Of a DNA stretch of 20,000 nt, positions 10,025-20,000 are shown one piece after another. The position numbers and the translations under genes were made by a program. The notes under the pieces were generated by a model. It searched no databases. It was not told the origin of the DNA and saw only the letters and a program-made list of their open reading frames with translations. The stretch comes from Chiloscyllium plagiosum (lineage: Eukaryota). Position 1 is the first letter of the stretch. Each line of letters opens with the position of its first letter. The stretch is from assembly GCF_004010195.1 (NCBI RefSeq), contig NC_057720.1, positions 33,738,809-33,758,808 on the forward strand, read 5' to 3'.

Positions 10025-10272
10025 AGCTGCAGACATGAAGGAGCACCACCACCTGTGAGTTTCCCTCCAAATCATTTATCAGCCTGACTTGGAAATATAT
10101 CACCAATGCTTTACAGTCAGTGGATCAAATATTTGAAACTCATTCTTTAACAATGTTGTGGAGCTATCTACATCCCAAGAAGGCAGCTCACCATCCTAGT
10201 TATCCAATACATTTAGGGATGGACAATAAATTCTGAAAAACAAATGATGCCCACACGCTATGAATGAAGAAA
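10025..10272 (+). mobile_element. Decayed 3' end of a CR1/L2-superfamily LINE
   Basis: caccaccacctgtgagtttccctcc..ctgacttggaaatatat..caagaaggcagctcacca..tagggatggacaataaat..gatgcccaca..tgaatgaa. Recognised from memory as a common shark LINE 3' end. Confidence 0.65.
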
Positions 10273-11767
10273 ATTTTAACAGGGTGTTGTTTAATCATTG
10301 AAGCCAAAGGTGAGTTAGGATTTATAGAATCAAATCATTTCTGGTACAGGGGAGGCCGTTTGGTCTCCCCAGATTCCCCAGATTTTTGTGTTCCAATAGT
10401 TAGGCCTCTGATATGCCTGAGTTTCCTGAAAATACAAGTTCGACAATTATGTTTGCATCTTTACTTCGTATATTACAAAAAAAGTTTATATGAAGCTGTT
10501 TCCATATCATTTATCCTCATATAGGGTCACGATTGATAATATCATCATTCCTTTTTCATTTTCCATGGTATCTACTGCCAACCTTCCTGCTGAATGTGCA
10601 TTTTTTAATGTATTTGGAAGGAATCCTGTAATCATGATTTATACTGAACTTACTCTATTCATACAGCATTACTGCTGTTTAAAATAAATTATAATCTGTT
10701 CTTACAGACCTTTTATGTTTTCCTAATATCTGTCAAAAAAAAGCATCAATTCTGTGAACTGTTGAGAAATACAAGAGGTAACATTTGACTTATTTTCTGG
10801 AATACATTCATCTTATTTCTAAAGGTGGCTTAGCAGAAAGAAAAAAAAATGCCCTCTGCAAGTACTGCAGATGTTGAAGGATTTGCTGAGCAAATCTCAG
10901 AGTTTGTTCCTCCAGTTAATGACCAGGTTTTCGGGCTGTTGTACAGTGGTTATAGAACAGTAGGAGCCTATTTAGCTTCTTCCATCTCTGCTGAACATTG
11001 GCTGGAGCAGTTATTGCCAGTCCCCTGTTTTTCCCTTGAATTCCTGCAAATCTTTGCACCAAGGAATTTAATGAACTGAGGAATGGCTTCTGCAGACTTT
11101 TAATTTTGCAAACCTCCCTAGCAAGATGTTACAAAATCACAAGCAAATCAGCCTGTTTCAATTGAGTAGAATCTCTGAGTATGGCGTTAACTCTATTTAC
11201 TTACCACTGAAAGTCACTTTTGTATCTTTCTTGCTCTATGCAATGTATATATTATCCTCTTGAATTGAATGGAGACATGTTAAAGAAATATGCTTGTAGA
11301 AGCATTTATGGGCTGCTTTCTCTTTGACAATCTGTACACAGAAAGATGTGCTATCATCTCTTTAAGGCATTGCAGATAGGCTCAGATCCAGGAACTACCT
11401 GCTAATAACCTTACTACCATACAGTACCGTTAACTTGGCCATTTTACTGAATGTCTACTTTATTTTTGGAATGAATGTGCATTTGTTACTTAGCTTGCCA
11501 AGACACTTGTATCAAATAATGAAGTTGGAGGATTCATGAGTTTAAACTAGTTTATGACTGGGCCTGATGTAGTTTTAATCCACAATACAATTCTTCGACA
11601 ATATGGATTTTCCTTACATTTTGAGCACATATGAACATGAGAGTTAAGAACAGCTATAAGCTTTTGGCCCTCATTTCTGGTCGGCCATTTAATAAGATCA
11701 CAGCTGATCTGATTGTAACCTTGACTTCTTGATGAATGCTTATCCTTTGCTTACCAAGAATTTATCC

Positions 11768-11802
11768 TTCCTGAAGAAGGGCTTATACCCGAAACGTCGA
11801 TT
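11768..11802 (+). ncRNA. Minimal hammerhead ribozyme motif
   Basis: ttc-CTGAAGA(11771-11777)-a-gggc ttat accc-GAAA-c-GTC(11796-11798)-gatt. The core is intact, with one stem II mismatch. Confidence 0.72.
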
Positions 11803-11898
11803 CTCCTGTTCCCTGGATGCTGTCTGACCTGCTGCGCTTTTCCAGCAACACATTTTCAGCTCTGATCTCCAGCATCTGCAGACCTCACTTTCTCCTCA
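11768..11898 (+). mobile_element. 131-bp non-coding Penelope-terminal insertion with hammerhead motif and 12-bp TSD
   Basis: Flanked by aagaatttatcc at 11756-11767 and 11899-11910. Homologous to 6735-6815 and to the reverse complement of 6376-6504. Confidence 0.92.
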
Positions 11899-13289
11899 AA
11901 GAATTTATCCAGCTCTTCCTTAAAAATTATACAAAGATTCTGCTTCCAGCACCTTTGGAGGATCAGAGTTCCAAAGACTCATAAACTTCTGAGAGAACAA
12001 AATTCTCCTTGCCTTTGTCTTAAATAGATGCTCACTTATTCTTAAACAGTGACCCCCTATTTCTAGATTCTCCCACAAGAGTAAACATTGTTTCCCCATC
12101 CATCTTGTCACAACCCCTCAGGCTTTAAATGTTTTAATCAAGTCACCTCTTAACTCTATTAAACTCCAGCAGATGTAAGCCTATATTGTCCAACCGTTCC
12201 TCATAAGGTAACCCGCCCATTCCCAATATTATCCTAGTAAACCTCCCCTGAACTGTTTCCAATGTATTTACAACCTATCTGAAATAAGAAGGTCAATGTA
12301 AAACACAGTGCTCTAGATGTGTCCTGTTTAGTTGCAGAATAATGTTTAAATGCTTTTGTATTTAATTCTCCTTGCAATGAAAGATGTAATTCTATTAGTT
12401 TTCCTAATTATTTGCTGTATCACGGTTACCTTTTATGATTTCTGAACTAGGTAGATTCCTCTGCATCGCAGACTTCTGCAAACTCCCACCATTTAGGCAA
12501 TATATTGCTTTATTTTATTCTTGTTGTCAAAATGGACCATATCACAAAATGCTTTACTATGCTGTATTGTCATGTCCTGCCCATTTGCTTAACCTTTTAA
12601 TGGGCTCCTTATGTCCTCTTCACAACTTACTTTCCCACCTATTTATGTATCATCAGCAAATTTAGCATCATTACCTTTGGCTTCAGCCATGTAAGAAATC
12701 GAGATCTTAGCATCAATCCTTACGATACACCACCTGCTACGCCTTGTCAAACAAAACAAAAAGACCTATTTGTCACGCATTATCAGTTTCCTGCTAGCTA
12801 CCCAATCTTCTATCCATGCCTGTATGTTACCTTTTATTTTTCACAATAACATTTGATGTGGAACCTGATCAAATATGTTTTGGAAATTTAAGTACATTAT
12901 GTCCACTTTTCTCTAAGTATATGTTTCTCATTCAAAGGACTCAATAAATTTTGTAATATGAATTTCTTTTGACAATACTGTATTGATGCAGCCTGATTTA
13001 TTTGGGTTTTTCTCTGTGCCCTGCCATAACATCTTTGTTAGTAGTTTTGAACATTGTCTCTTTGACAGGTATGAATCTAACTAGTCTGGAGTTTCCTGCT
13101 CTCGGTCTCTTTCCTGTTTGAGACAAGGAGTTCTTTTCACTATTTTCCATTCTAATGGAACCTTCCCGAGAATCTAGAGAATCCCAGAAAATTAAAACCA
13201 AGGGAACAACCTTCACACTCAGCACTTCTTTTCCGTCCCAATGGTGATGTTCACCAGGATCCAAGGGCTTGATAGCCACTGCTCCAACA

Positions 13290-13850
13290 AGTTGCTCACA
13301 GCCAGAGTACTGGTGAGGGTGATGAGTTGTTGAGGCAGGGGAGTTAGGATGAGGTAAGACAGGCAGACTTTGTGTGGGTGTGGAGACAGGCTAGGACAAG
13401 ATAGTTTTCGTTGTGAAGTTCTGGTTGGGATAGGCAGAAACTGCCAATAACTGCAAGGGATGGGAAGGTGTCCTGTATTTGCATTGGTGGGCATGGCTGT
13501 ATTAAACTATGCGCAGCAGGCACAGAATTTTGCAAAACACTTGGTGGAAAAGGGTCAACATAATTAGAATATTGAAGTTCATCCTGAAATAATCTTCCTG
13601 TTGGTATCAAAGGTGTAATTGCAAATATACTGCTCACATCAATACTGAATCCAGAGCTGGTGTGCTGTAGTTTCTCTTGTCCAGCAGCAATCCAGGACTG
13701 GAGGATGTGTCTAAAATTTAAGACGACGACGACAAATTAGATAATGAACAGAAAGCTCAAATGGATTTTATATGCAAGTTTGCACAGTCATGAGTAGAGG
13801 CAGCATTGGAGTGTGGAGTAGTCAAGTCTGCTGAAAAGCCATGAGATCTA
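13290..13850 (-). mobile_element. Possible very old L2-type LINE remnant
   Basis: Minus-strand SRLDYS (~13815-13835) and VLQNS..AAHSL (~13500-13540) resemble the L2 ORF2 C-terminal SRLDYCN and LQxxQNxAARL motifs. The spacing is irregular. Confidence 0.35.
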
Positions 13851-15039
13851 CTGGTGATAGCTCATAAGTGGACTAATTCAGATCCAATCATATTGAAGCC
13901 ATCATACTATAGTATTCACCAGGAGATCTCAAACTGGTTTTGTGCTAGGTTCATATTGGTCCATACAGAGCTTTCCTTCTGGGACCTGGTGATTATCATT
14001 TTTCTTACTTCCTCCCTCCCTTCTACATTCTAATTTACAGCTATTTCTGCAGGTCACTTGTATTCTCCATCATAAAGAAAATGCAGAACACCTTTTCAGC
14101 TCATCCTCCATCTCCTACTTTTGCATTATTAATTCCAGATTTATTTCCTGTAAGACCAATGTTCACTCTGTTAACATTTTTAAGAAATTATAATATAAAC
14201 TCTTTTTTTCATATGTCTGGCTGACTCTTGTACATTAACTTTCCTCCATATTAACCTTTAAACCATAATTGCTATTTGTTACATTCTGTCCAATCTTTTG
14301 ACCTGCTCCACAGCTTTGTACAATAACTTTTTTTTAAGTTTGATATTCTCTTTTTTTTTACCTAATTGCAAATGGTGAATCCTTCCCTAGGATCTTTTTT
14401 TTTCTTGTTGGAATGTTTTCATCCTGTGTATTCTGTAAAATTCCCTTAAATATCTGTCACTTCATCTCTATTGAGCTATTTCACATTAACTAGCTTCAAG
14501 TTCATGCTTTCATAATTGCACTTATTTAAGTTTAAAATGCTAATCTTGAACTCATTCCCATCTCACGGAACCTGAATGTAAAATTCAGTTATGTTGTGAT
14601 CACTATACCAAGGAGCACCTTTGCTATGAGGTCAATAATTAATCCTATCTTGGTGCACAATACCAGATCTAGAATGGCCTGCTCTCAGTTGGCTGAGGAA
14701 CATGCTATTCTAAGAAAATATCATGAAAACATTCAATGAGCTCCCCTTCTATGCTGCTTTGGCACACCTGACTTTATCCGGTCTACATGTATTTCTATAC
14801 TTGACAATCTCTCATTGTTTCTTCCTTTTTCACCAGCTTATTGTGTGGTTACTGTTAGGGGGCCTGTGCACCATTCCCAAACAGGTTCTACTTCCTAGTT
14901 TCTGAAACTCAGGTCATCCCTTCCTAATATGCTTATGCCATCATTAGTTAACAGTGTCAGTCCTCTACCTTTCCTTAATCTTTGCCCTCATAATTTTATT
15001 TGCCTACAGTGTTGATGACTGCCTTGTCATTAATTTAAA

Positions 15040-15200
15040 AGGTTAAGGACAGGCACTAAGAGAAATCTGTTTACTCTGTGGTTTGTTGGAGCAAAGAATG
15101 TTTAACAACATAGAATGGTTGAGATCAAGATCACTGCATGTTTTAAATTAGAAAGCTCAGGAAAGCGAAACGGAAATTGGATATGATTGATTGCTCTGGT
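15040..15200 (+). mobile_element. Possible highly decayed LINE 3' fragment
   Basis: ttaaggacaggcactaagagaaatctgtttactc..tggttgag..catgttttaaa weakly matches the FRTxxRRxFFT..VVE..FK pattern of CR1 ends. Confidence 0.3.
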
Positions 15201-17118
15201 GGGATACAAATGTAACATAGCAAAATAGTGAACAGAAAATCCTAGACTTCTAAGTAATCAAACATAAGAGAATTAGACCAAAGGGCCTGATTTCAACTTT
15301 ATTTGATTGGATAGGTTTTGAATGAATTGAAATCACACCCATAGACATAAAAACAAATAGGCATTGGTTCCGCAGCTGACCATCCTAAATTATTTCTGTG
15401 GCTGCTTTCTTATTAAAGGTAATGGATTGTTTTAAGTTGAAGTGGATGTGATCGCATTAAGAATGTGTTGAGTAAACTCTTTCTTGTTTGTGAGTGCAAA
15501 ACATAAGGTGTATCAGTGCAGCATTTTTGTTAACATGTTTGCATTCAACCCTTTACAAGAAATATAAATTGACTACTTTCTCATAAGTACAGTGCCCCAT
15601 TAAATGCAATACATTACATTCTATTCACACATCAAATCACCCAACCAGTAAAATCCAAAAACTTATTACTTATCATCAGTCACTGGAAAATACACATCAA
15701 AAACTCCATACAAAATCCCACTAGCACCCCAGAGAGTCCAGAGTCAAAATTCATTATTCATAACCTTTCTTGCTTGTAGAAGCTAAAGACACAATCTGTA
15801 TATAATATTTCAGGACTATTGTGCAGAAAATCAACAATGGCTTGAGGTACTGTTAGATTTAGGATTCTGAAATTAGAAGCTGTCCGCAAGGCTAGTTAAC
15901 AGGAAATAATTTGAAGAAATAGCCTAAAATTTCCAAATGGGCAAACTCTGGAAATGTAGGAAGAATACAGGAGTTAGATCCTTAAGTATATTTCTGAGGT
16001 TGCTTTCTGAACATTGTGAATTAATGCATTTATTAGGAACTGTGTCAAGTAGCTTGCTGCAAGAGGGTTGCCCTTTTAGATGAAACTACTAAATACATGA
16101 ACGTACTCCACTCCGGCCCTCCATGAAGCAAGTTGTCAACTCCAAGGATCTGAAACACATCCGATTAGATCAGAGATCCTAAGAGGCTTCCCTCTCTCAG
16201 ATGCTCAGTGCACCTCTGTAGGCATTTGAAGTTCAGAACTAATTCTTCTGGCTTGACTGGGTGGGGAACAGCTGGATAAAGAAAATGAGGTAAAGCATTT
16301 CTGTCCTCATTTTTACCATGAGATCACATTAATTAGTGTCCATGAAGTTAGCAACAACAGGATCTTGGCTGCAAAGGCATTGATTCTGTTACATGAATGG
16401 CATCTCTTCTGCCAATGCTCTTGGCCTGCATAGTTTGAACCTGTGGGCAGAAGCTGTAACTGATCCACGTTGGCTCAGTTACTATGATTACCTCCGTGCT
16501 ATCAATTTCTATAGTTTATGAATTTAAGGACCACCACAATTTCAAAAGGATCTTCTGATCATATCTCATCCAAGGTTAGGTTCAAGAGAGAGTAGCTTGC
16601 TAACTGGTACTTAGACATAGCATTGGTGAGTGAAGAAGTGGGTATATCATATGCTTGTTGCACTGAAGTTTGATTGAATACCTAGAGTGCTTTTTCCTAG
16701 GCTTTCATTTATGTATTGGATTTTGGGTTCTTCAATAATGAAGACCCTCTAGATGAAGATTATAGTGATAATATATTGAATACAAGATTTTTCAGAACAG
16801 TTCTCAAAGTTTGCAGTGGATCCTCTTTATTGATAATTACACTCAACATTTTGTCCTTTTGAGGCTATTATGCAAACATATATCAGCAGAGGGAGTTTAC
16901 AAAAGGAGAGATAAACATGAAGCCATTTCATCCCCATTCAGTTATAAATCTGGGTATCCGGCTGCTTCAGTCTTAAGAATCTCTCAATGATGATGAAAAT
17001 TAATAAGCATTGCTCGAGGTGTGCATTCTGGTGGAGGGTCTGCCTAGGATAGCATTTTAAATTGGAGACTCTGAGACAAACACGGGCTGTTCAATGCACA
17101 CAAGTTTGCATTGTGTAT

Positions 17119-17132
17119 ACACACACACACAC
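17119..17132. repeat. (AC)7 microsatellite
   Basis: acacacacacacac read directly. Confidence 0.9.
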
Positions 17133-17474
17133 TGATCTTGCACATTTAACCATCCTAATTAAATAAAAACATTAATCTCAGATCATCACAGATTTGAGTA
17201 TGGCATTCAGTATGTCAAATCTACCATCTTTTGAGAAGCACTCAGAGCCACTTTGAGAAAATTGGCTGTGACGTTTTGAAGGAGGGATAGCATGTTTTAC
17301 AATGGCTGGTGACAAAAGAAATAAGGGCTTAGTTTTCCACTGTGTTGATGATGAATTAGAAGATACTTAAAACAATTATACCTGAGCAAAATGACTACAC
17401 CTCAGTTAATAATTCACTGACCAAGGCACCATGGTCCAGAAGGCCATTCAAGAGGGGGAGCTAATAGACAAGTA

Positions 17475-17981
17475 ATGGTTATAGGGGATTCTATAATTAG
17501 GGGGACAGATAGTATCCTTTGCAAGCCGGATCGGGAGTCTCGCATGGTGTGTTGCCTGCCCGGTGCCAGGGTGCGAGACATCTCCGACCGTCTTGAAAGG
17601 ATATTGGAGCGGGAGGGGGAGGATCCAGTTGTTGTGGTCCACGTTGGTACCAACAACATAGGCAAGACTAGGGTGGAGGACCTGTTTGGGCATTACGAAG
17701 CACAAGGCAGGAAATTGAAGCACAGGTCCTCAAGGGTCATAATCTCCGGATTACTGCCCGAGCCACGTGCCAATTGGCAGAGGGACAAGAAAATTAGGCA
17801 AGTAAACACGTGGCTAAGGGATTGGGGTGGGAAAGAGGGATCCCACTTCATGGGGCATTGGCATCAGTTTTGGAACAGGGGGGATCTGTACCATTGGGAC
17901 GGTCTCCACCTGAACCGATCAGGTACCAATGTCCTAGCGAAGAGGATAAATAGGGTGGTCAGTAGGACTTTAAACTTCTGA
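17475..17981 (+). CDS. CR1 ORF1 C-terminal SGNH/GDSL esterase-like domain (partial)
   Basis: VIGDSIIRG, CCLPGARVRDI, VVVHVGTNNIG and DGLHLNRSG are SGNH blocks I, II, III and V. The N-terminal zinc finger is absent and there is an apparent frameshift near 17455. Confidence 0.92.
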   Translation: MVIGDSIIRGTDSILCKPDRESRMVCCLPGARVRDISDRLERILEREGEDPVVVVHVGTNNIGKTRVEDLFGHYEAQGRKLKHRSSRVIISGLLPEPRANWQRDKKIRQVNTWLRDWGGKEGSHFMGHWHQFWNRGDLYHWDGLHLNRSGTNVLAKRINRVVSRTLNF

Positions 17982-18016
17982 GTTGGGGGGAAGGGAAAGT
18001 CAAAGCGACAGGGAGT

Positions 18017-20000
18017 ATGGAGGTAAATGGCAAGATAAGCAGCAGGATAGCATGTTTCCAGGCGGATTTAAAATTGAGGCAGACTGAGAATACAGTAAAA
18101 AGCAAGGATAACTTAGGACATATGACTTCCAACATCTCTAATGATAAGGAAGTTAGCATTAAGGCACTTTACCTGAATGCTCGTACCATACATAACAAAG
18201 CCGATGAACTAATGACACAGATAATAGTGAATGATTATGATGTAGTAGGCATCACAGAGACTTGGTTACAGGGGGATCAGGACTGGCAGTTAAACCTCCA
18301 TGGTTTTTCAACTTATCGAAAAGACAGAGAGGGGGGCAGAGGGGGTGGGGTTGCCTTGTTAGTTAAGAACAAAATTAAATCTATGGTATTGAATGACATA
18401 GCGGCGGATGATGTGGAGTCTGTGTGGGTGGAATTGAGGAACCACAAAGGCAAAAAAAACAGAATTGGAGTTGTGTATAGACCTCCTAACAGTGGTCAGG
18501 ACCAGGGACACAACATGTACCGGGAAATAGAGAAGGCATGTCAGAAAGGCAAGGTTACATTGATCATGGGAGACTTCAATATGCAGGTGGACTGGGTAAA
18601 TAATGTTGCTAGCGGATCTAAAGAAAGGGAATTCATGGAATGCTTACAGGATGGATTTTTGGAACAGCTTGTCATGGAGCCCACAAGAGAGCAGGCTATT
18701 CTGGACCTAGAGCTTTGCAATGAACCAGACTCTATAAAAGATCTTAAAGTAAGGGAACCCTTAGGAAGTAACGACCATAATATGATAGAGTTCAGTCTGG
18801 AGTTTGAAAGGGAGAAGGCAAAATCGGATGTAATGGTGTTACAGTTGAATAAAGGTAATTATGAGGGCATGAGAGAGGAACTGACTAAAATAGACTGGAA
18901 GCAGAGGCTAACCGGGAAGACAGTAGAGCAAAAATGGCAGGAGTTTATAGGTATAATTGAGGACACTGTACAGAGGTTCATTCCCAAGAAAAGAAAGATT
19001 AACCGGGGAGGGATTAGACAACCTTGGCTGACAAAGGAAGTCAGGAAATGTATTAAAGAAAAAGAGAGATCCTATAAAGTGGCTAAGAACAGTGGGAAAT
19101 CAGAAGATTGGGAAGGATACAAAAGCAAACAGAGGATAACAAAGAGTGTAATAAGAAAGGAGAGGATCAAATATGAAGGTAGGCTAGCCAATAATATTAG
19201 AAATAATAGTAAAAGTTTCTTTCAGTACATAAGAAACAAACGACAGGCAAAAGTAGACATTGGGCCACTTCAAACTGATGCAGGAAGCCTAGTGATGGGA
19301 GATAAGGAAATAGCAGGAGAACTTAACAAGTACTTTGCGTCAGTATTCACAGTGGAAGACATGAGTAATATCCCAAAAATTAAAGGGTGTCACGGGGCTG
19401 AGTTGAGTATGGTTGCCATTACGAAAGAGATAGTGCTAGAAAAATTAAAAAGTCTTAAAATTGATAAATCTCCTGGCCCCGATGGGATACACCCTAGAGT
19501 TCTGAGAGAGGTGGCTGAGGAAATAGCAGAGGCATTGGTTGAGATCTTTCAAGAGTCACTGGAGTCAGGAAAGGTCCCAGATGATTGGAGGATGTCTGTT
19601 GTAAACCCCTTGTTCAAGAAAGGATCAAGGCAAAAGATGGAAAATTATAGGCCAATCAGCTTAACCTCGGTTGTTGGTAAAATTCTAGAATCCATCATTA
19701 AGGATGAGGCTTCTAAATTCTTGGAAGAGCAGAGTCTGATTAGAACAAGTCAACATGGATTTAGTAAAGGGAGGTCATGCCTGACAAACCTGTTGGAATT
19801 TTTTGAAGAGGTAACAAGTAGGTTAGACCAGGGAAACCCAGTGGATGTGGTATATCTAGACTTTCAAAAGGCCTTTGATAAGGTGCCACACGGGAGGCTG
19901 CTGAGCAAGGTGAGGGCCCATGGTGTTCGAGGTGAGCTGCTGGGATGGATTGAGGATTGGCTGTCTAACAGAAGGCAGAGAGGTGGGATAAAAGGTTCTT
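18017..20000 (+). CDS. CR1 ORF2: apurinic-like endonuclease + reverse transcriptase (3' partial; frame open from 17966)
   Basis: Manual translation shows no stop from 17966 to 20000: LYLNART, GITETW, GGGVAL, YRPP, MGDFN, NDHN, KSPGPDGIHPRVL, NYRPISLTSVVGKILE, QHGF..GRSCLTNL, YLDFQKAFDKVPH. It is absent from the ORF track, probably because it has no stop in the window. Confidence 0.96.
   Translation, partial: MEVNGKISSRIACFQADLKLRQTENTVKSKDNLGHMTSNISNDKEVSIKALYLNARTIHNKADELMTQIIVNDYDVVGITETWLQGDQDWQLNLHGFSTYRKDREGGRGGGVALLVKNKIKSMVLNDIAADDVESVWVELRNHKGKKNRIGVVYRPPNSGQDQGHNMYREIEKACQKGKVTLIMGDFNMQVDWVNNVASGSKEREFMECLQDGFLEQLVMEPTREQAILDLELCNEPDSIKDLKVREPLGSNDHNMIEFSLEFEREKAKSDVMVLQLNKGNYEGMREELTKIDWKQRLTGKTVEQKWQEFIGIIEDTVQRFIPKKRKINRGGIRQPWLTKEVRKCIKEKERSYKVAKNSGKSEDWEGYKSKQRITKSVIRKERIKYEGRLANNIRNNSKSFFQYIRNKRQAKVDIGPLQTDAGSLVMGDKEIAGELNKYFASVFTVEDMSNIPKIKGCHGAELSMVAITKEIVLEKLKSLKIDKSPGPDGIHPRVLREVAEEIAEALVEIFQESLESGKVPDDWRMSVVNPLFKKGSRQKMENYRPISLTSVVGKILESIIKDEASKFLEEQSLIRTSQHGFSKGRSCLTNLLEFFEEVTSRLDQGNPVDVVYLDFQKAFDKVPHGRLLSKVRAHGVRGELLGWIEDWLSNRRQRGGIKGS

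Larger units (their letters stand above)
11627..14960 (-). mobile_element. Long, heavily decayed CR1 LINE (APE through RT to 3' UTR), interrupted at 11768-11898 and ~13275-13970
   Basis: Minus strand: 3' UTR near 11630-11720, FKTKARRILFSQKFMSLWNS (ORF 11920-12111), RT-proximal motifs (ORF 12998-13279), an EMxxEL..F motif at ~14070-14118, REQAILDLV at ~14660-14690, and an RPP motif at ~14860. Confidence 0.85.
17415..20000 (+). mobile_element. Young CR1-clade LINE, 5'-truncated within ORF1 and running off the window
   Basis: Abrupt change from AT-rich unique DNA to CpG-containing coding sequence at ~17415, then ORF1 esterase followed by an open ORF2. Confidence 0.96.

Noticed and set aside
10264..11079. 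Short ORFs 10264-10524, 10490-10687 and 10849-11079
   Set aside because: AT-rich, no motifs and no splice support; consistent with random ORFs.
15780..16295. Possible exons at 15780/15814-15846 and 16201-16289
   Set aside because: Stops in the usable frames, or too short with weak splice sites.
1..20000. Prokaryotic systems (CRISPR, retron, group II intron, diversity-generating retroelement)
   Set aside because: All RTs are eukaryotic CR1 or Penelope type; there is no spacer array or operon structure.

Overview
Eukaryotic, repeat-dense genomic DNA with no confidently identifiable host gene. The repeat complement (CR1 LINEs, HE1/V-SINE-type tRNA SINEs, Penelope-like elements, PIF/Harbinger) suggests a cartilaginous fish, probably a shark; this is inferred from recalled repeat families, not a database result. 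Main content: (1) several decayed CR1 fragments and one young, 5'-truncated CR1 at ~17415 to the window end. It has an SGNH-esterase ORF1 and an uninterrupted APE-RT ORF2, and their 16-nt overlap carries a correctly phased T_TTA_AAC -1 slippery heptamer. (2) A decayed Harbinger DNA transposon (13-bp TIRs at 3084 and 8961, transposase on +, Myb/SANT-like remnant on -) containing nested CR1 and Penelope insertions. (3) A 2.5-kb Penelope-like element (RT + GIY-YIG, 11-bp TSD) plus several short Penelope-terminal pieces. Together these carry about six minimal hammerhead-ribozyme motifs from three apparent families. (4) Two head-to-head tRNA-derived SINEs, one with an exactly duplicated 41-bp head. 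Boundaries of decayed repeats are approximate.
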